DNA of 63,975 nucleotides, counting the filler, from Octopus bimaculoides (taxonomy: Eukaryota), in assembly GCF_001194135.2 (NCBI RefSeq). It is 6 parts of 6 records of this genome, joined end to end, with 100 filler letters (N's around TTAATTAATTAA, not from the genome) between each part and the next. Parts side by side here need not be neighbours in the genome. Positions count along the whole stretch, not along the records: positions 1 to 30,976 come from NC_068983.1; 5 more parts are not named here. One strand, 5' to 3'. Below the pieces are notes generated by a model, which saw only the letters and a program-made list of their open reading frames with translations, was not told the DNA's origin and ran no database searches. The position numbers and the translations under genes are program-made. Below, piece after piece: positions 1 through 12,585 of this stretch (its first letter is position 1; the number at the start of each line of letters is the position of its first letter).

Positions 1-75
1 GGTCATTTTTTGCAAAGAGCTTTAAATCATCCATGTAAATGAGATGATTTATATTTTTATCAAATATTTTATAAC

Positions 76-76
<1 letters not shown>

Positions 77-134
<58 letters not shown>

Positions 135-166
135 ACATTATCATCATTATCATTATCATCATCATC

Positions 167-198
<32 letters not shown>

Positions 199-213
199 CA
201 TTATTATTATTAT
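77..213. repeat. (ATT)n/(ATC)n trinucleotide microsatellite
   Basis: Directly visible; explains the poly-Ile ORF 44..235. Confidence 0.95.
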
Positions 214-217
214 TTCT

Positions 218-345
218 CTAGGCACAAGGCCTTGAAAATTTGCAGAGAAGGGGGCTAGTCGATTTCATCGACCCCCGTGCGTAGGTAGTACTTATTTCTT
301 CCACTTCGAAAGTATGACAGGCAAAGCGACCTCAACTCAGAACGA
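218..345 (-). mobile_element. tRNA-derived SINE, family B (3' part, degraded)
   Basis: Reverse complement of the same repeat seen intact at 57146-57375 (gttctgagtt..gtcgctttgcctgtcatactttcgaag..ggggtcgatgaaatcgact). Confidence 0.75.
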
Positions 346-469
346 AATAATGATAATAATAATAATACGAAAGTATTCATTTTTAATAGCTATATATATA
401 TATATATGCCACTTAATGAAAGGGAATTATAAATTCTAGTTCAAAACTGTCATTTGTTATGGAAGACCT

Positions 470-3400
470 AATTGCAAATGTTTATTAATAAATAATTACA
501 ATAATGCGTACGGTTTACGAACTGATAATGGCAAACAAAACAGTGAATGGCAAGCAATGCATTGATAGTCCATTTCGAAATGTAATACGACAATACAAAT
601 AAATCGTGAAATATTCTACTTCCATACTCATGATATGGCAGTTCATAAAAAGAATTTTTTCTGTGCGATCTATTGACCACTAAGTGTGAGACCTTACTGC
701 TAGCGTATTCTAAAGATTCGTCTTTAAAATATACTTTAGATCTAATACTGAAAAAAAGGTCATTTATTAAAATCTAGATAACAAGAACAAGACCTGAAAA
801 TTTGAATGTTAGTGCACTCTCCTTTGTTTTCAATTTGTCGTCTGCGTACTAAATAATAGACTTCCCGTCTCTATGTTTTCTTAGATCGCCAAACTTCGTA
901 AACTATTTTTGAAGCACATTTATTAAAATACATAAATGACATGGTTATTAGAAGAAATAAAAATCAATTATGTAAATCCAAAATAGTGGCCTTTTGTGAG
1001 AATCTTGATTAAAATGTTCAGTTGCACCAGAAAGTTTCCTTCCATAAGAATAGATCATTTCTATTTTGTTTTGAAAATAATCATATGAAGTACGTTAATT
1101 GTGCTTTTACTGGAAATTCTATATGACCATGTTATCAATAATCCACGTGTTAGACGTATAAATGAATGTAAAATAAGAATAATTTGCTATACTGTCTTCC
1201 ACGCAGATGAAGAATTGTATGTACTTCTAGCATCTTATAGTACAGATACGTAGCAACTTGGTGATATCATGTGGAACATACGGAATTAATTTCAACCCAT
1301 CTGCGTCATAATGGGTAATTTTGGTTCAGTATTACTTTGTGCATCACTTCATAATTTCAGCAAATATTCATGATTCACTTTTCGCAACTGCATTTCACAG
1401 ACATCCGGACCAAGTTTCTGAGTGAGGTTACACTGCCAGTCCATATTGAAATCTGTCTGAATTTTACAGAAGGCATAAATATACGTGACATACTGTCTCC
1501 TGAACCCAGATTATATGTAAATGATGTTATTACACTGTTTAACTTTTCTGTTGTAATTTTGGAATGTCTCTCAGATGCGTAGATTTGGTCGAGTAAGCAA
1601 AGTCAATAATTATTAGTGGGCGTTTTCTACAATTTTTAGCCAAATCTGGAGCTCAGAAAGAAACCATCATCTCTAGCATTTTTCCATAATTATATTGTTT
1701 TCCAAATACATAACACAGTGGAAAATATGCTGGTTATGTATAAAAGAATTTGAATGAATTTTCATTGTAATGGGCATTTTTGGTTGAATAGTGATTACTA
1801 AGTGCATTACGTAGCATATACAGTGTGAAATAAGAATATTTCTTGGAATAGTGTTTTGAAATATGATATCAGGGATAATTAATGTCCTTTAAAAGGGCTC
1901 GGAAGGCTGAGCGTGTTTTTTCATGTAACTTCATGATTAACATTCAAAACCCAAACACTGAAAATGAAGACATCAAATTTTCTTCAGTTTTTCCATAGTC
2001 TCAGAGGAAATTATAGGGAATATTTGGTGTTGTACATTGCACTCCTTTCGGCTTTGGTGAACACGCAATGGCATTCGAGAAATAGGTTTATAGTGTAAAA
2101 TTATACAGGTAATTATACAGCTTGTGTACAATAACTTAGCAGTAAATAAAATTACATTTCTGTCAAAAGGTTTATTTACACATATAACTACATTTTGTTC
2201 CAGAATATTATTAAGTATATTAACTTGGATTTCCAAAGATCCTTTAAACATATATGTACATCTACTTCTGTTGTAATTTTCCATTCTAAATCACAGTGAA
2301 TACGAGACTCGTTCTTGTTTCCTCACTATTATCCATCTGTTTGCTTGTAAGTTACATGTATAGTGGAATCGCTACTACTTAATTTGGCAAATGGCATCCT
2401 TGTTGATCTTATTCAAGCAGCAGGCATTGAAACTTAAAACTTAGTTATTTTTTTCTAAATACAAGCACTTAAAAAATTGAATGGGATGCTTTATCGGATA
2501 TATTGTTTCGCTTTTGTTGCCAGTATACATCATTTTTTTTCACGCAAACTGGTGATTACCCTCTTGACATATTTATCATATCACATTTTGAAAATTGCGA
2601 ATTTCTTTTATAGAGTACTCTATTGTATCAATGGCTTTTTTTTAAACAAATGTACTTCATTTTGCATCATATTTAGACAATTATGTTGCAGGTAAGTTTG
2701 CTTCTTGCGTTGTTTATTTTGCCATCTAGTCTTGCTAAAGTAACAACTGAGTGGGTTACGATGCGTGCATATTCACAATACAGCTATCTTCTAAATTTTG
2801 TCTTTCTCAAGTACTTGTTTGTGTGCTGTTCTTATATTCCACGTGCATATTGTTACATCTGTTCATAATTTCTCAAGTGTCATCTTCGATGATTTTAATT
2901 TGAACTTTGCTGTTATTTTCTAAAATCTCGTCAGACAGATTTGTGAATGTAGTAGGACCCACACAAACTGTAATTTAAAATTATTTTCAAATCATATATA
3001 CTCTAGCATCGTATCTATCGAATTTATTAACACAAAGGTGTGTGAATGGGATCTTACGGATAATGGATTTGTTGGAATTCTTCCCATTTTATTAGCACTT
3101 ACTAAATACCTGTTGTCGAAGCGTTTTATTCATAAAACGCTTTAGTCTTTAGAGGATTTCGTAAATTGTATTCCTGCTTCGAGAGATATTAACAGGTTTT
3201 CTGATAGCAGTAGCATACATCTACATTTGAAAGTAAATTCCAAATGAATTGAGAGCACTCTGTATAATTGTAAGTGAATACTTTTTAACAAAGAATGCGG
3301 AATGAATCTCTGCAACTACAAAACAGCTTTCAAGGTTGTACCTTGTATTTTGGAATGCATTTAATTACATACATATGTATATGATGGCATCTCAATAACT
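470..3400 (-). pseudogene. Degraded intronless reading frame of an unidentified large protein (copy 1)
   Basis: Manual minus-strand translation stays protein-like over ~3 kb despite stops and frameshifts (e.g. RYNLESCFVVAEIHSAFFVKKYSLTIIQSALNSFG; ORF 1973..2284; MKLHEKTRSAFRALLKDINYP; KRPLIIIDFAYST; YSYGRKL..HKRPLFWIYIIDF). No family recognised. Confidence 0.55.
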
Positions 3401-3420
3401 GAATGTCTATATTGTATGTT

Positions 3421-4300
3421 TTACATGGTACTTATGTAACAAAATGCATGTACCCGAGTGTGAAAAACTTTCAAGCAAAATGAAAAATAGAAGCTAAAGA
3501 CAAGTTGAAGATTATTCAGAAAAGGGAACAAAATCAACTTTTGTAGTGAGCAGGGTGAAGTTAAAAAACGAAATAAAACACGAATGATACAAATATGCAA
3601 GGGACCATTAAAAAACATAATCTATATTAAATCATTTATAACACTGAAAACTCATAAAAAATGTATAAGGACTCCAGTGCCTCACCATTTCTAAAACACC
3701 TGGCACAAAAAATGTAAAATATATCTAGCACGTTTGTAGAAAATGCCGTCCACGAGAATATGCCAAAAAAGATAAACGTGCACAACGATATATCACCTGT
3801 AAAAAATAGTGAATAGGAATAAACATTTAAGGAATATGTAACGTGTCTAGAATGATTAGCATTCTGAATCATTTCAGCAAGTCTTAAAGAACCAAAATAT
3901 TATAAATAAAGAGTATAAAGCAATTGAATGTCTAGAGGAATATTCTCTAGTCATTTAAGAATATGACAAATGAAGAGATACTGTAATATCAGATATAACC
4001 TCACAGGAAAATGTTCTTTGAATAGCTGAAAGTTCAACATTTCTGCAGGAAATTACAAATCAATTCGAATACAAAAGTTAACACAATATTTAAATTAACG
4101 AAGTTAAAACGATTTGATGATAATGATAGCTGGAAAATATAATTTTGCAGTAGGAACAATTTATTTCTCTGGGTAAAGGAAATTCATCTGTCTGAAGAAA
4201 TCTTTAAGTGCTGAGGGGACTGTCATATAGCTTATGCTAATATTTTAAAACTATCTGGTTTAACATTATGGCCAATAGTGCAGCAGCAACATATAATACC
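3421..4300 (+). pseudogene. Coding-like degraded frame, opposite strand to the adjacent pseudogene
   Basis: Plus-strand translation gives E/K/N/Q-rich stretches broken by stops (MYKDSSASPFLKHLAQKM; HSESFQQVLKNQNIINKEYKAIECLEEYSLVI). Confidence 0.3.
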
Positions 4301-4321
4301 TAACGATTAAGCAACTTATTG

Positions 4322-5110
4322 AGTATAATTTTGAAATCATTACGAAAATTGGTTCCCAGACCTTTCAAGGATGACATAGACTTCCTAAACTAAGATAAAG
4401 GCCTTGTAATTATAGACATATTCCTTGACGTGACCAGCCTCTACACAAATATCTCCGTATATGGACTGGAAGCAGTACAATTCTAGATAGACAAAGGAAC
4501 ACAGAATTCAAGAAAGTTTCCCAAAAAAATTTTGCTCGAAAAATTACAGTTGATTCAAGAAAGCAACATTACGTTCCATACACGAGACTTCAATGGATAC
4601 GTTATCTCCCCCAACATTTACAATATTGATGGGATGAGATTCGTTGAAAAAGAACATTATACCTGAGGCGTCCGGTAATAGTAAAAATATTCTTCAAAGA
4701 ACATAAAAACCACAAAATTCCTAGTAACTTGTGTCATAGCCAAAGCAAAAGTCGTCCCAATCCTTGGCTTCTGAAGAAATATTCACAATCAGGGAGACGA
4801 CAAAATCATACAAATTTCATTTATATTCACCCATGATACTAGAAGCCACGACATCTTACATTCGACCAAAAAATACCTCAAAATGTACACTACCCGGCAA
4901 ATCTATTTGAAGAATCACAAAGCATTTACAGCCAAAAGATGTTAAAAAAGTTTTTACCAAGGTTAAACTCATACCTGTAGAAAACATGAAGCGGTTAACA
5001 AACTGGGAACATCATCTTTGTGCAACTTACAAAGTAATTGAACTAGGAAAAGCCCAAAAGCAATTCAATGGAAAAGAATGGGTGGCTAATATGCATATAA
5101 GAAGCAAAGC
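4322..5110 (+). mobile_element. Penelope-like retroelement, degraded RT/linker fragment
   Basis: Manual translation KDDIDFLN..FLDVTSLYTNIS..GLEAVQF matches the PLE RT motif DVxSLYTNIP..GLEA; downstream QPKDVKKVFTKVKL matches the PLE linker (..QPxNLKxxLT). Confidence 0.75.
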
Positions 5111-5862
5111 TGGGATAGACTATCGATATGCCTAGTAGACTTGTATTTATCCCTAAGGATGATCAAATAAGATTGAAATCATATGCTATGGTGGTCTCTG
5201 AGTTAGAATGCTAGGGATTGCTCTCCCCTCTTGTAATATATATCGAGCGCGAAGCGCACTGAATAATCAACTGGAGGAGGTGTTCTACTGGAGTTAAAAT
5301 CGTTTGTTCTTATAGAACAGCAACGATTAGATGGTGACAAACAGTTCTCAATATAAATTCTGCTTTCATCTGTGATAAAAAGTTTCTTAACGAGATAGCT
5401 TGCTTGTTAAAATAATTTTATTTACTACATCACGTGCCCACTATGCAATGAAAATTACCGGTCAAGCAGGATCAAACTTACCGCATCTGTGCATATGGAA
5501 ACTTCAAAATATTGTGCTTTTCAAAATACAGATGAAAATAATAAACTCTAAAATTCAAAAGAAATATATCTTTAAAAAAATCTAAATCAGCGATTAAAAC
5601 AGTGTTTGTGAACAATGCTACTGAAAAGAAACTTTCTCTGAAGAGACTGCATCATGTCAAGTGTGTCTGAAAAATGAAAACAGTGAAATTCGTTTGGAAA
5701 AGAAAACGAAAATGTCTGCTTATAACTTCTGCGACAATAATTTTTTTCTACTTTTTAATAAAATTTATAATTTTTAATGTAACAGAATTTCTCTTCATAT
5801 GTTGTAAGTATATTTTAAATGTACAAAGATTTTTTTCCCAACCTACTTTTAAATCAATCAAC

Positions 5863-5865
<3 letters not shown>

Positions 5866-5895
<30 letters not shown>

Positions 5896-6091
5896 NNNNN
5901 NNNNNNNNNNNNNNNNNNNNNNNNNNNNNNNNNNNNNNNNNNNNNNNNNNNNNNNNNNNNNNNNNNNNNNNNNNNNNNNNNNNNNNNNNNNNNNNNNNNN
6001 NNNNNNNNNNNNNNNNNNNNNNNNNNNNNNNNNNNNNNNNNNNNNNNNNNNNNNNNNNNNNNNNNNNNNNNNNNNNNNNNNNNNNNNNNNN

Positions 6092-6122
<31 letters not shown>
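5866..6122. repeat. (CT)n - N gap - (TA)n microsatellites
   Basis: Visible directly; gap about 5896-6091. Confidence 0.9.
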
Positions 6123-6125
<3 letters not shown>

Positions 6126-6711
6126 TGCATAAAGACACGCACATGCATATGTGTGTGTTTACTCCTAAGTGTCCATGTGTACACATCTTTGTAAGTATAA
6201 AAAACTGGCAACGTGTATAAACGTGTCAAATATTTAGGCATGTTGGTCGTAGTTTTAGAATGTAGTGCGTCAGTGAATGTCTCTTAATAAAATTAATGCA
6301 AAGAAATGATGTTCACAATAATTGAGTGCCTGGGCTTATATTGATATCAACAGTTTCATATGACATATTTCCTGATTCGATAAAATTTAGAATAGCAAAC
6401 AATTAAAAACTATTTACATTACTATCTATTGAAAGTGAATATATTCAAGTAAGTCTATATGCCATTAATTCAATGTGTGGCTCTCTTGTGGATCAATGTG
6501 CCAGTATGGATGTTTAAGTGTGAATGTTCATAAATCACTTTATGCGCTCTTGTGAGACTTAAGCTATATTATTATAAAAATGGAGCAAATATCCAATTAA
6601 CTCTTTTTCAATGCATCCTTTCATATTAGTTTCCATAGGTCCGCCATTTTCGATTTCTGCAGGTGCGATAGTCTGCGCTCACAATTAAAATGATATTTGA
6701 AATTATGTGTT

Positions 6712-6760
6712 GACACACACACAGACGCATGCACACACACACGCACACACACACACACAT

Positions 6761-6813
<53 letters not shown>

Positions 6814-6960
6814 CTCACAAACACAACCTCCTGCATGTATGCATGTATGTGTATGCATGATATATATATATATAGTGAAAGAGAAAGATGGACATATATA
6901 TATATACTTATATACATACATGCATACACACACACACAAATACATACACATATGCACCCA
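6712..6960. repeat. (CA)n and TA/TATG compound microsatellite
   Basis: Visible directly. Confidence 0.9.
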
Positions 6961-7261
6961 TATATAATGGTGATTGTGTGCAGTCGTCTGTGACAGTAGA
7001 TATGCGTTATTTAAGCAGACGTTTGTATGAGTTTATATAGGAAAAAACCAAACAAGTATACACTTGAATGTGCTATTGTGCCTATTTGAGTGAATATTTC
7101 ACCTGCAAACAAACTTATATATTTATGTGAGAGTGTATGTTAATATAGATAAGTTTTAGTTACATTCATATGTCTGTCTGATATAAATGGAAAATGAACA
7201 GAGAAGTTAGATATTGCATTTTCCGTAAATCTGTACTGTGAATACGTTGTTTGAACTTTCA

Positions 7262-7520
7262 TATATCATATATCTCACTTACAAGATAAATATACATAGA
7301 GAAAACTATACTTTTAAGATAAATATAGATATAGTAAACGATACTTATAAGATACATATACATAAATCTCACTTACTTATGAGATAAATATACATATAGT
7401 ATACATATAGTAAGCTATACTTATATGATATATATACATAAATCTCACTTACTTATAAAATATACACACATATAGTAAACTATATCTATAAGATACATAT
7501 GCATATAGTAAACATATGCA
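7262..7520. repeat. Diverged ~31-bp minisatellite (atagtaaactatacttataagataaatatac, variant ataaatctcacttacttataagataaatatac)
   Basis: Recurrent atctcacttac and atagtaaactatac blocks. Confidence 0.7.
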
Positions 7521-7644
7521 CACATATCCATTCAATAGATATGCATAGTATAATACAGGGCACTGCTGAAAAAGACCTGACTTTGAACTGAAGACTTGTT
7601 ATCCAGGGCCAGCGCCTTTGCATTGGAAACTGACTGTTATCTTT

Positions 7645-7853
7645 TCTACTCTAGGCACAAGGCTCGAAATTTGAGGGAGGGGGCCAGTCGATTAGATCAA
7701 CTCCAGTACGCGACTGGTATTTAATCTATCGACCCCGAAAGGATGAAAGACAAAGTCGACCTCGGCGGAATTTGAACTCAGAACGTAAAGACAGACGAAA
7801 TACCACTAAGCATTTCGCCCAGCGTGCTAACATTTCTGCCAGCTGTCCACCTT
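7645..7853 (-). mobile_element. tRNA-derived SINE, family B
   Basis: Reverse complement of the 57146-57375 copy, including the head (ctggcagaaatgttagcacgctgggcgaaatgcttag) and B-box-like gagttcaaattcc. Confidence 0.9.
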
Positions 7854-8379
7854 AAGCTAGCTGTAATCTATTGAAGTGTTACCGAAATAGAAAGGCAGAT
7901 AACCACATGTAAGCTTGAGGCGTATAATTTGCATGGAATATATAATTCAGATTACAGATTAACGATAACAGAAAATGAAGACTTACGTCATCAGTTGTTT
8001 TAACACAGACATAATTTACATACATAGTATGAGAATGACGTTATTGGAGTGAATCGTGCGATATATCCCAATTGTATTGTGAGCCCAAGAAACTTTCAAA
8101 ATACAAAGACCTGGAAATAGAGGTAACTCCAATGTCATAGTAGGCGCCTTAGATATAATAAAAAAATATATTCAGGCAAACACATAACAAAAACACTAGG
8201 ACTTACAAATATATATAACATGCAGAAAATTGCACTACTGGGCACTGCACACATTCTACGCAAAACACTTTCAATACAGTAACCATAAGAGCATCACAGC
8301 AAACCACAGCACATACCCAAGGTACACAGAGCTGCGCTCGGTAGTGAAGTGAAAGCACGTTATAAAAATAAAACTACTG

Positions 8380-8404
8380 AATAATAATAATAATAATAAT
8401 AATG

Positions 8405-8450
<46 letters not shown>

Positions 8451-8552
8451 TAATAATAATAATAATAATATAATGATTATTATTATCATTATTATTAGTA
8501 TTGTATTGGTAGTAGTAGTAGTAGTAGTTGTTGTTGTAGTAGTAGTAGTATT
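8380..8552. repeat. (TAA)n/(ATT)/(TAG)n compound microsatellite at the 3' end of the Dong/R4 element
   Basis: Visible directly. Confidence 0.9.
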
Positions 8553-8559
8553 TAGATTT

Positions 8560-9645
8560 TGATTTGCATGTTTGTTACAATCACTTTCAGAGACACAACC
8601 ATCATCCTAGGGCGAATGAAGGATCTGACATGTTACAGTATGACTGAAAGCTTGAGGAGGGGAAGTTGTGGGGACGTAGCGAAATACAACACAGACATTC
8701 AAATTGATACTGTTTTTCTCAGCACGTGGTCAATACTTTTCAGCAAAATCTTTTAGATTTCTCTGAGACATGGTTCTCATGGGACATTATCTTCATGTTT
8801 CTGATATGTTTTTTTTATACCTAGGACACTCACAATAATTGGAACGGTTCTCATTTTAAGATTTTTATTTCAATTTCCAGGTACTTAATTTACTTAATTT
8901 TCTCAGATTCCCTTACGGATATATTTTACTGATAAATTTTAACACTTGCATCTATTAGGATACAAGTATTTTCTTCCCCGTCTTTAATGACTATGTCTGA
9001 TCGACAAGCCTTGATCGTTCTGTCGGAGGTGACTGGAAAATCCCAGAGACTAGTGACATTTTTACCTTCAACGTCTGGATCGAGATGATATTCATACCAG
9101 AAAGAAGGATGCTGATTTTGTAGTGGTGACATATTTTCTGATTTAAATACTGTCCTAACCTATCAGGGAGATTTCTGTATTCGTTTGATCTTGTCGCCAA
9201 TATGAAACCCTCGGTCTCTGCTTTCAGTCTTGAGCTTTTCAGTCACTGATGGGTTGTTGCTTGGTCTACATCGGCATTTCGGCTTCGAAGTATATACTGT
9301 CCATGCAGAGGTTTCTGGTTCCAGCGCTCCTCAATGTTTCTACCCGTTTGTTTTTGCAGTCTGTTTGATCCGTTTTGCTTGTTTGGTGGCAGTGGTCTCA
9401 GGTTCTTTATCTAATTTAGGCTTAATGCCGAGTTCCCTTTCGAATTTGCAAGCTTCCTTCACAATGGAAAGTGATCTTTTGCTGCTTTCGTGTTAGCACT
9501 CAGCATCCAGTCCACTGTACTAGATAAGTACTTGCTCATTGTTATTGTGGAGGTCTTATATCACATTTCTACCTGCATCAATCCTCTTCGCCCAGTACTT
9601 CTAGGTAGTTACAAACGATCAACGTCTACTTTTGGGTAGTACATG
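8560..9645 (-). mobile_element. R4/Dong-type non-LTR retrotransposon, 3' part (RT C-terminus, REL endonuclease, 3' UTR), degraded
   Basis: Fragments YYPKVDVDRL-LPRS..GLMQVE, (GLKAETEGFI)LATRSNEY, WYEYHLDPDVEGKNVTSLWDFPVTSDRTIKACRSDIVIKD..CILIDASV (PD..D REL core) and terminal HVLRKTVSI-. Confidence 0.85.
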
Positions 9646-9649
9646 TTCT

Positions 9650-10240
9650 TGTGATATTTTTTACTTATCGTGCGATGTTGTTTTCTTCTGCTCCAATTCT
9701 GTGTTCGCATTTAATCAGTTTTCTTCCCCCTCTATTTCTTGGTACATACAGTCTCTCTGTTTGGGTGGTGTATCCCATATTTAGCCAGCAACTTCCTTGT
9801 CTTTCTTTCTAAGGTGTCTAGTTCGTCTACTGCCCATGCGATTACTCCTGCTCCATATCTAAATAGTGAAACCATCCAAGTGTTTATATCTTTAATCTTA
9901 TTCCGTACGTTTAATTTGGACTTAAGTATTAGTCGTCGCCTGCGCAAGTACTCCAGCTTAAAGTTTTCTGTCATTTCTTTCTGTATCAATTTATCCATTT
10001 CTAATATCCCCAAGTACTTATAGGCCGTCTCTTCTATCTGTTTCATAACCTCCCCCGACGGTATCGCTAGCCTGTCCATGCATTAAATTTTTCCTCTCTT
10101 GAAGACAAAAACACCACACTTTCTCAGTCCGACCTCGATTCTGATATCAGCTCTGAAAGTATACACCGTAGTAACTAGGGAACTGACTTCGGATTCATCT
10201 TTATTATGAAGTTTGAGGTCATCCATAACAAGTGGTTGAC
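9650..10240 (-). mobile_element. R4/Dong-type RT fragment (same family as 51103-53330)
   Basis: ORFs 10083..10268 (MDDLKLHNKDESEVSSLV..GLRKCGVFVFKRGKI) and 9732..10079 (YKYLGILEMD..YLRRRRLILKSKLN) are highly similar to 51752..52339. Confidence 0.9.
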
Positions 10241-10389
10241 AATATGATGGCAATAAAGATAATAACAATAATTTAGCTAAAACTCATGTTCGATCTGAGG
10301 AAATATCAACAATGACAAATAGTAGTAAAAAATGAATATGATAATATCAGTGGTGATGATGATAATAGCAACAACAACAATAATAATAA

Positions 10390-10655
10390 TGAAAAGAAGC
10401 GGTTGGAATCTCCCCATGTCCTGATTAATAATATACCTTGTGATGGTGCCACAACAAAAAACCTGGTAATTGCGCAACCTGATAATCGCTATTTCATATA
10501 AAAGACAATGAAAAATCAAAATATTGTGAATAACAGTGGTATTGAAACTGAAACCCTTGATGGTGACAGTGTTACACCCGGCAGGCTCGGAGATACTGCT
10601 GCGACTCCAGTCAGTCATTATCCAACAAGGGACCAGCGCACGTACAGGCACTTAA
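10390..10655 (+). mobile_element. Possible LTR-retrotransposon pol C-terminal tail remnant
   Basis: Coding-like ETETLDGDSVTPGRLGDTAATPVSHYPTRDQRTYRHL resembles the RxYPxRxR tails of Gypsy integrases; no catalytic domain seen. Confidence 0.25.
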
Positions 10656-10929
10656 TATATTTATGAATTACGACACAATACATTTTGTAACAATGATAAT
10701 GTGATAGTATTTCTTTCGCATTTTATTGAGTTCTTTCATTGTTTATTTGAACCTATGATATCAAAAATAAGTTTTCTAAGTGTGTCTTATGTGTGTGCGT
10801 GTGTGTGTGCGCGCGTATGTGTGCGTGCGTGTACGCGTGCGTCTGAATGTGTCTGTGCATGTGTGTGTTTTGGAACTGATGTGAATAGTTTTGCATTAAA
10901 GATACTTTTAATAGAATCCATGTAAGCAA

Positions 10930-11810
10930 ATACTGGTCATTTTTACCACATCAAATTGATTATATTGTTTTCCTAACTTTCAATGTCGCAGTTTTCTGTA
11001 TAATTATGTCGTTTAACCGAGTTATTTTCTGTTATCTTTCAATTCCGTTTTGTTAGGTTGATCGTGATACAATGTATATGGAGAAGGTATGCTAAATTTC
11101 TTGTGTTATTTGTATTTTATGATGAATTTCCTCATTTCCTAAGATGATTAATCGATATTTGTCCTATAGTCATGTATTCTAGTTGTAATTTTAATATTTT
11201 TTCTTCAAGTATACGATAAGCATACACTAACATATATTTTCTCCAGCATGTGATAAACTGGTATTTGAAGTAGTTCGTGGCATACTTGTAAAGTTCATGG
11301 AAATATAATATTGATGTTTACATAGCACAACTTTCTTAAGGAATAGCTAATGATGCACCATTAGTGGTTTTGTTGTATTTACGTTTGCATCATATAAACT
11401 CCTATACAGACATTACTTTCTTCTATCTATCGTAGTCTAATCAAAGGTACTATGTAATACTAAATGTAACTGCATTGGAAGAAATACGTGAAGAGCCAAT
11501 GGCATAAAATGTGTAGTTCATCTTTATGTTGTAAAACTCTAAGGACAAGACTTACACTGTTTCCGGGGAAATTCTTAGCATTTGTTCTGTTTAGAAAGCA
11601 TTGTTACTCTTTGTATATATTTGTGTAGTTAGAATGCAGCAATTATCATTTGTGTTAGTCTTTCACAATTACGATTCAGTGGAGAAAATTGAAATAGTTA
11701 TACATTGCTGCGGATTCAACATGTTTATACTGCGTAGTGTAGCCTTGAAATCATCCTTATAATTCATGCGAAGAGCTAGTAGAACTTGCATTAAATTATA
11801 TCCATTTATG
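10930..11810 (-). pseudogene. Degraded reading frame, probable paralogue of the 470-3400 family (copy 2)
   Basis: YNLMQVLLALRMNYKDDFKATLRSINML aligns by eye with copy 1 EKTRSAFRALLKDINYP; NTTKPLMVHH motif at ~11357-11376. Confidence 0.4.
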
Positions 11811-11844
11811 GTCTGAGTTCGAGTAACGCCGTGAACTTGCTCCC

Positions 11845-11995
11845 CCTCACGGCAAAATCATTAGCATGCCAGAGAAAATGCTTAGTATCATTTCGTCTTT
11901 CTTTAGGTTCCGAGTTCAAATATCGTTGAATTTTACTTTACCTTTCATCCTCTTGGTGTTGATAAAATAAGTACCTGTTAAGTGGGTACATCTAC
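11845..11995 (+). mobile_element. tRNA-derived SINE, family B, diverged
   Basis: ggcaaaatcattagcatg..gttccgagttcaaat..cctttcatcc..gataaaataagtacc. Confidence 0.75.
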
Positions 11996-12219
11996 TCAAA
12001 TCTCAAGAAACTTTATTAGGTTTCTTGCAGGTCAACAATGCGAATTTCATTTCCAATGTCATTCAGTCTTTTAGGCAGTATTTTGGGTATTATACCAAGT
12101 ATACCAATTACTTCAGGTATAATAATAATAATATCTGCAAGTACCTCTGCTGTGCTACATCTGCAATAGAGGGGATGAAACCATTGCCAATATCACGAAC
12201 GAATGCTCTAGACGTGTCC

Positions 12220-12507
12220 AAAACCATTACAAGTTGTGGCGACATGATCACGTAGGGGAAGTGCTACATTGAAAACGGTGCAAAAAGTGGGACCTAGAGA
12301 AAGGCAAGACGTGGCATGAGCACAGACTGCAGAGAGTGGAAGGGTCACAGACTAGCATATCCTCTGGAATTTCCCAGTCCAAACAGATCAGGCACTAGAG
12401 CATAATAGACCGTACCTAGTGGTGAATCACTGGAGAAGGTGCATCAAATATGCTATATAGTTGACTTTGCGCGCCCCTTCGACACACGAATGTTCAAGAA
12501 GGAAGGC

Positions 12508-12585
<78 letters not shown>

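Noticed and set aside
44-235. Homopolymeric or dipeptide ORFs (poly-I, poly-L, HT/CV/YI repeats, X-rich ORFs throughout)
   Set aside because: Translations of microsatellites and N gaps.
1599-1625. KRPLIIIDFAYS as a kinase DFG motif or a bunyavirus endonuclease motif
   Set aside because: No other kinase or viral polymerase motifs in register, and the motif recurs as part of a repeat.
5150-5200. GGATGA..GAAA after the Penelope RT fragment
   Set aside because: Too degenerate; stems could not be built, although the position would suit a PLE hammerhead relic.
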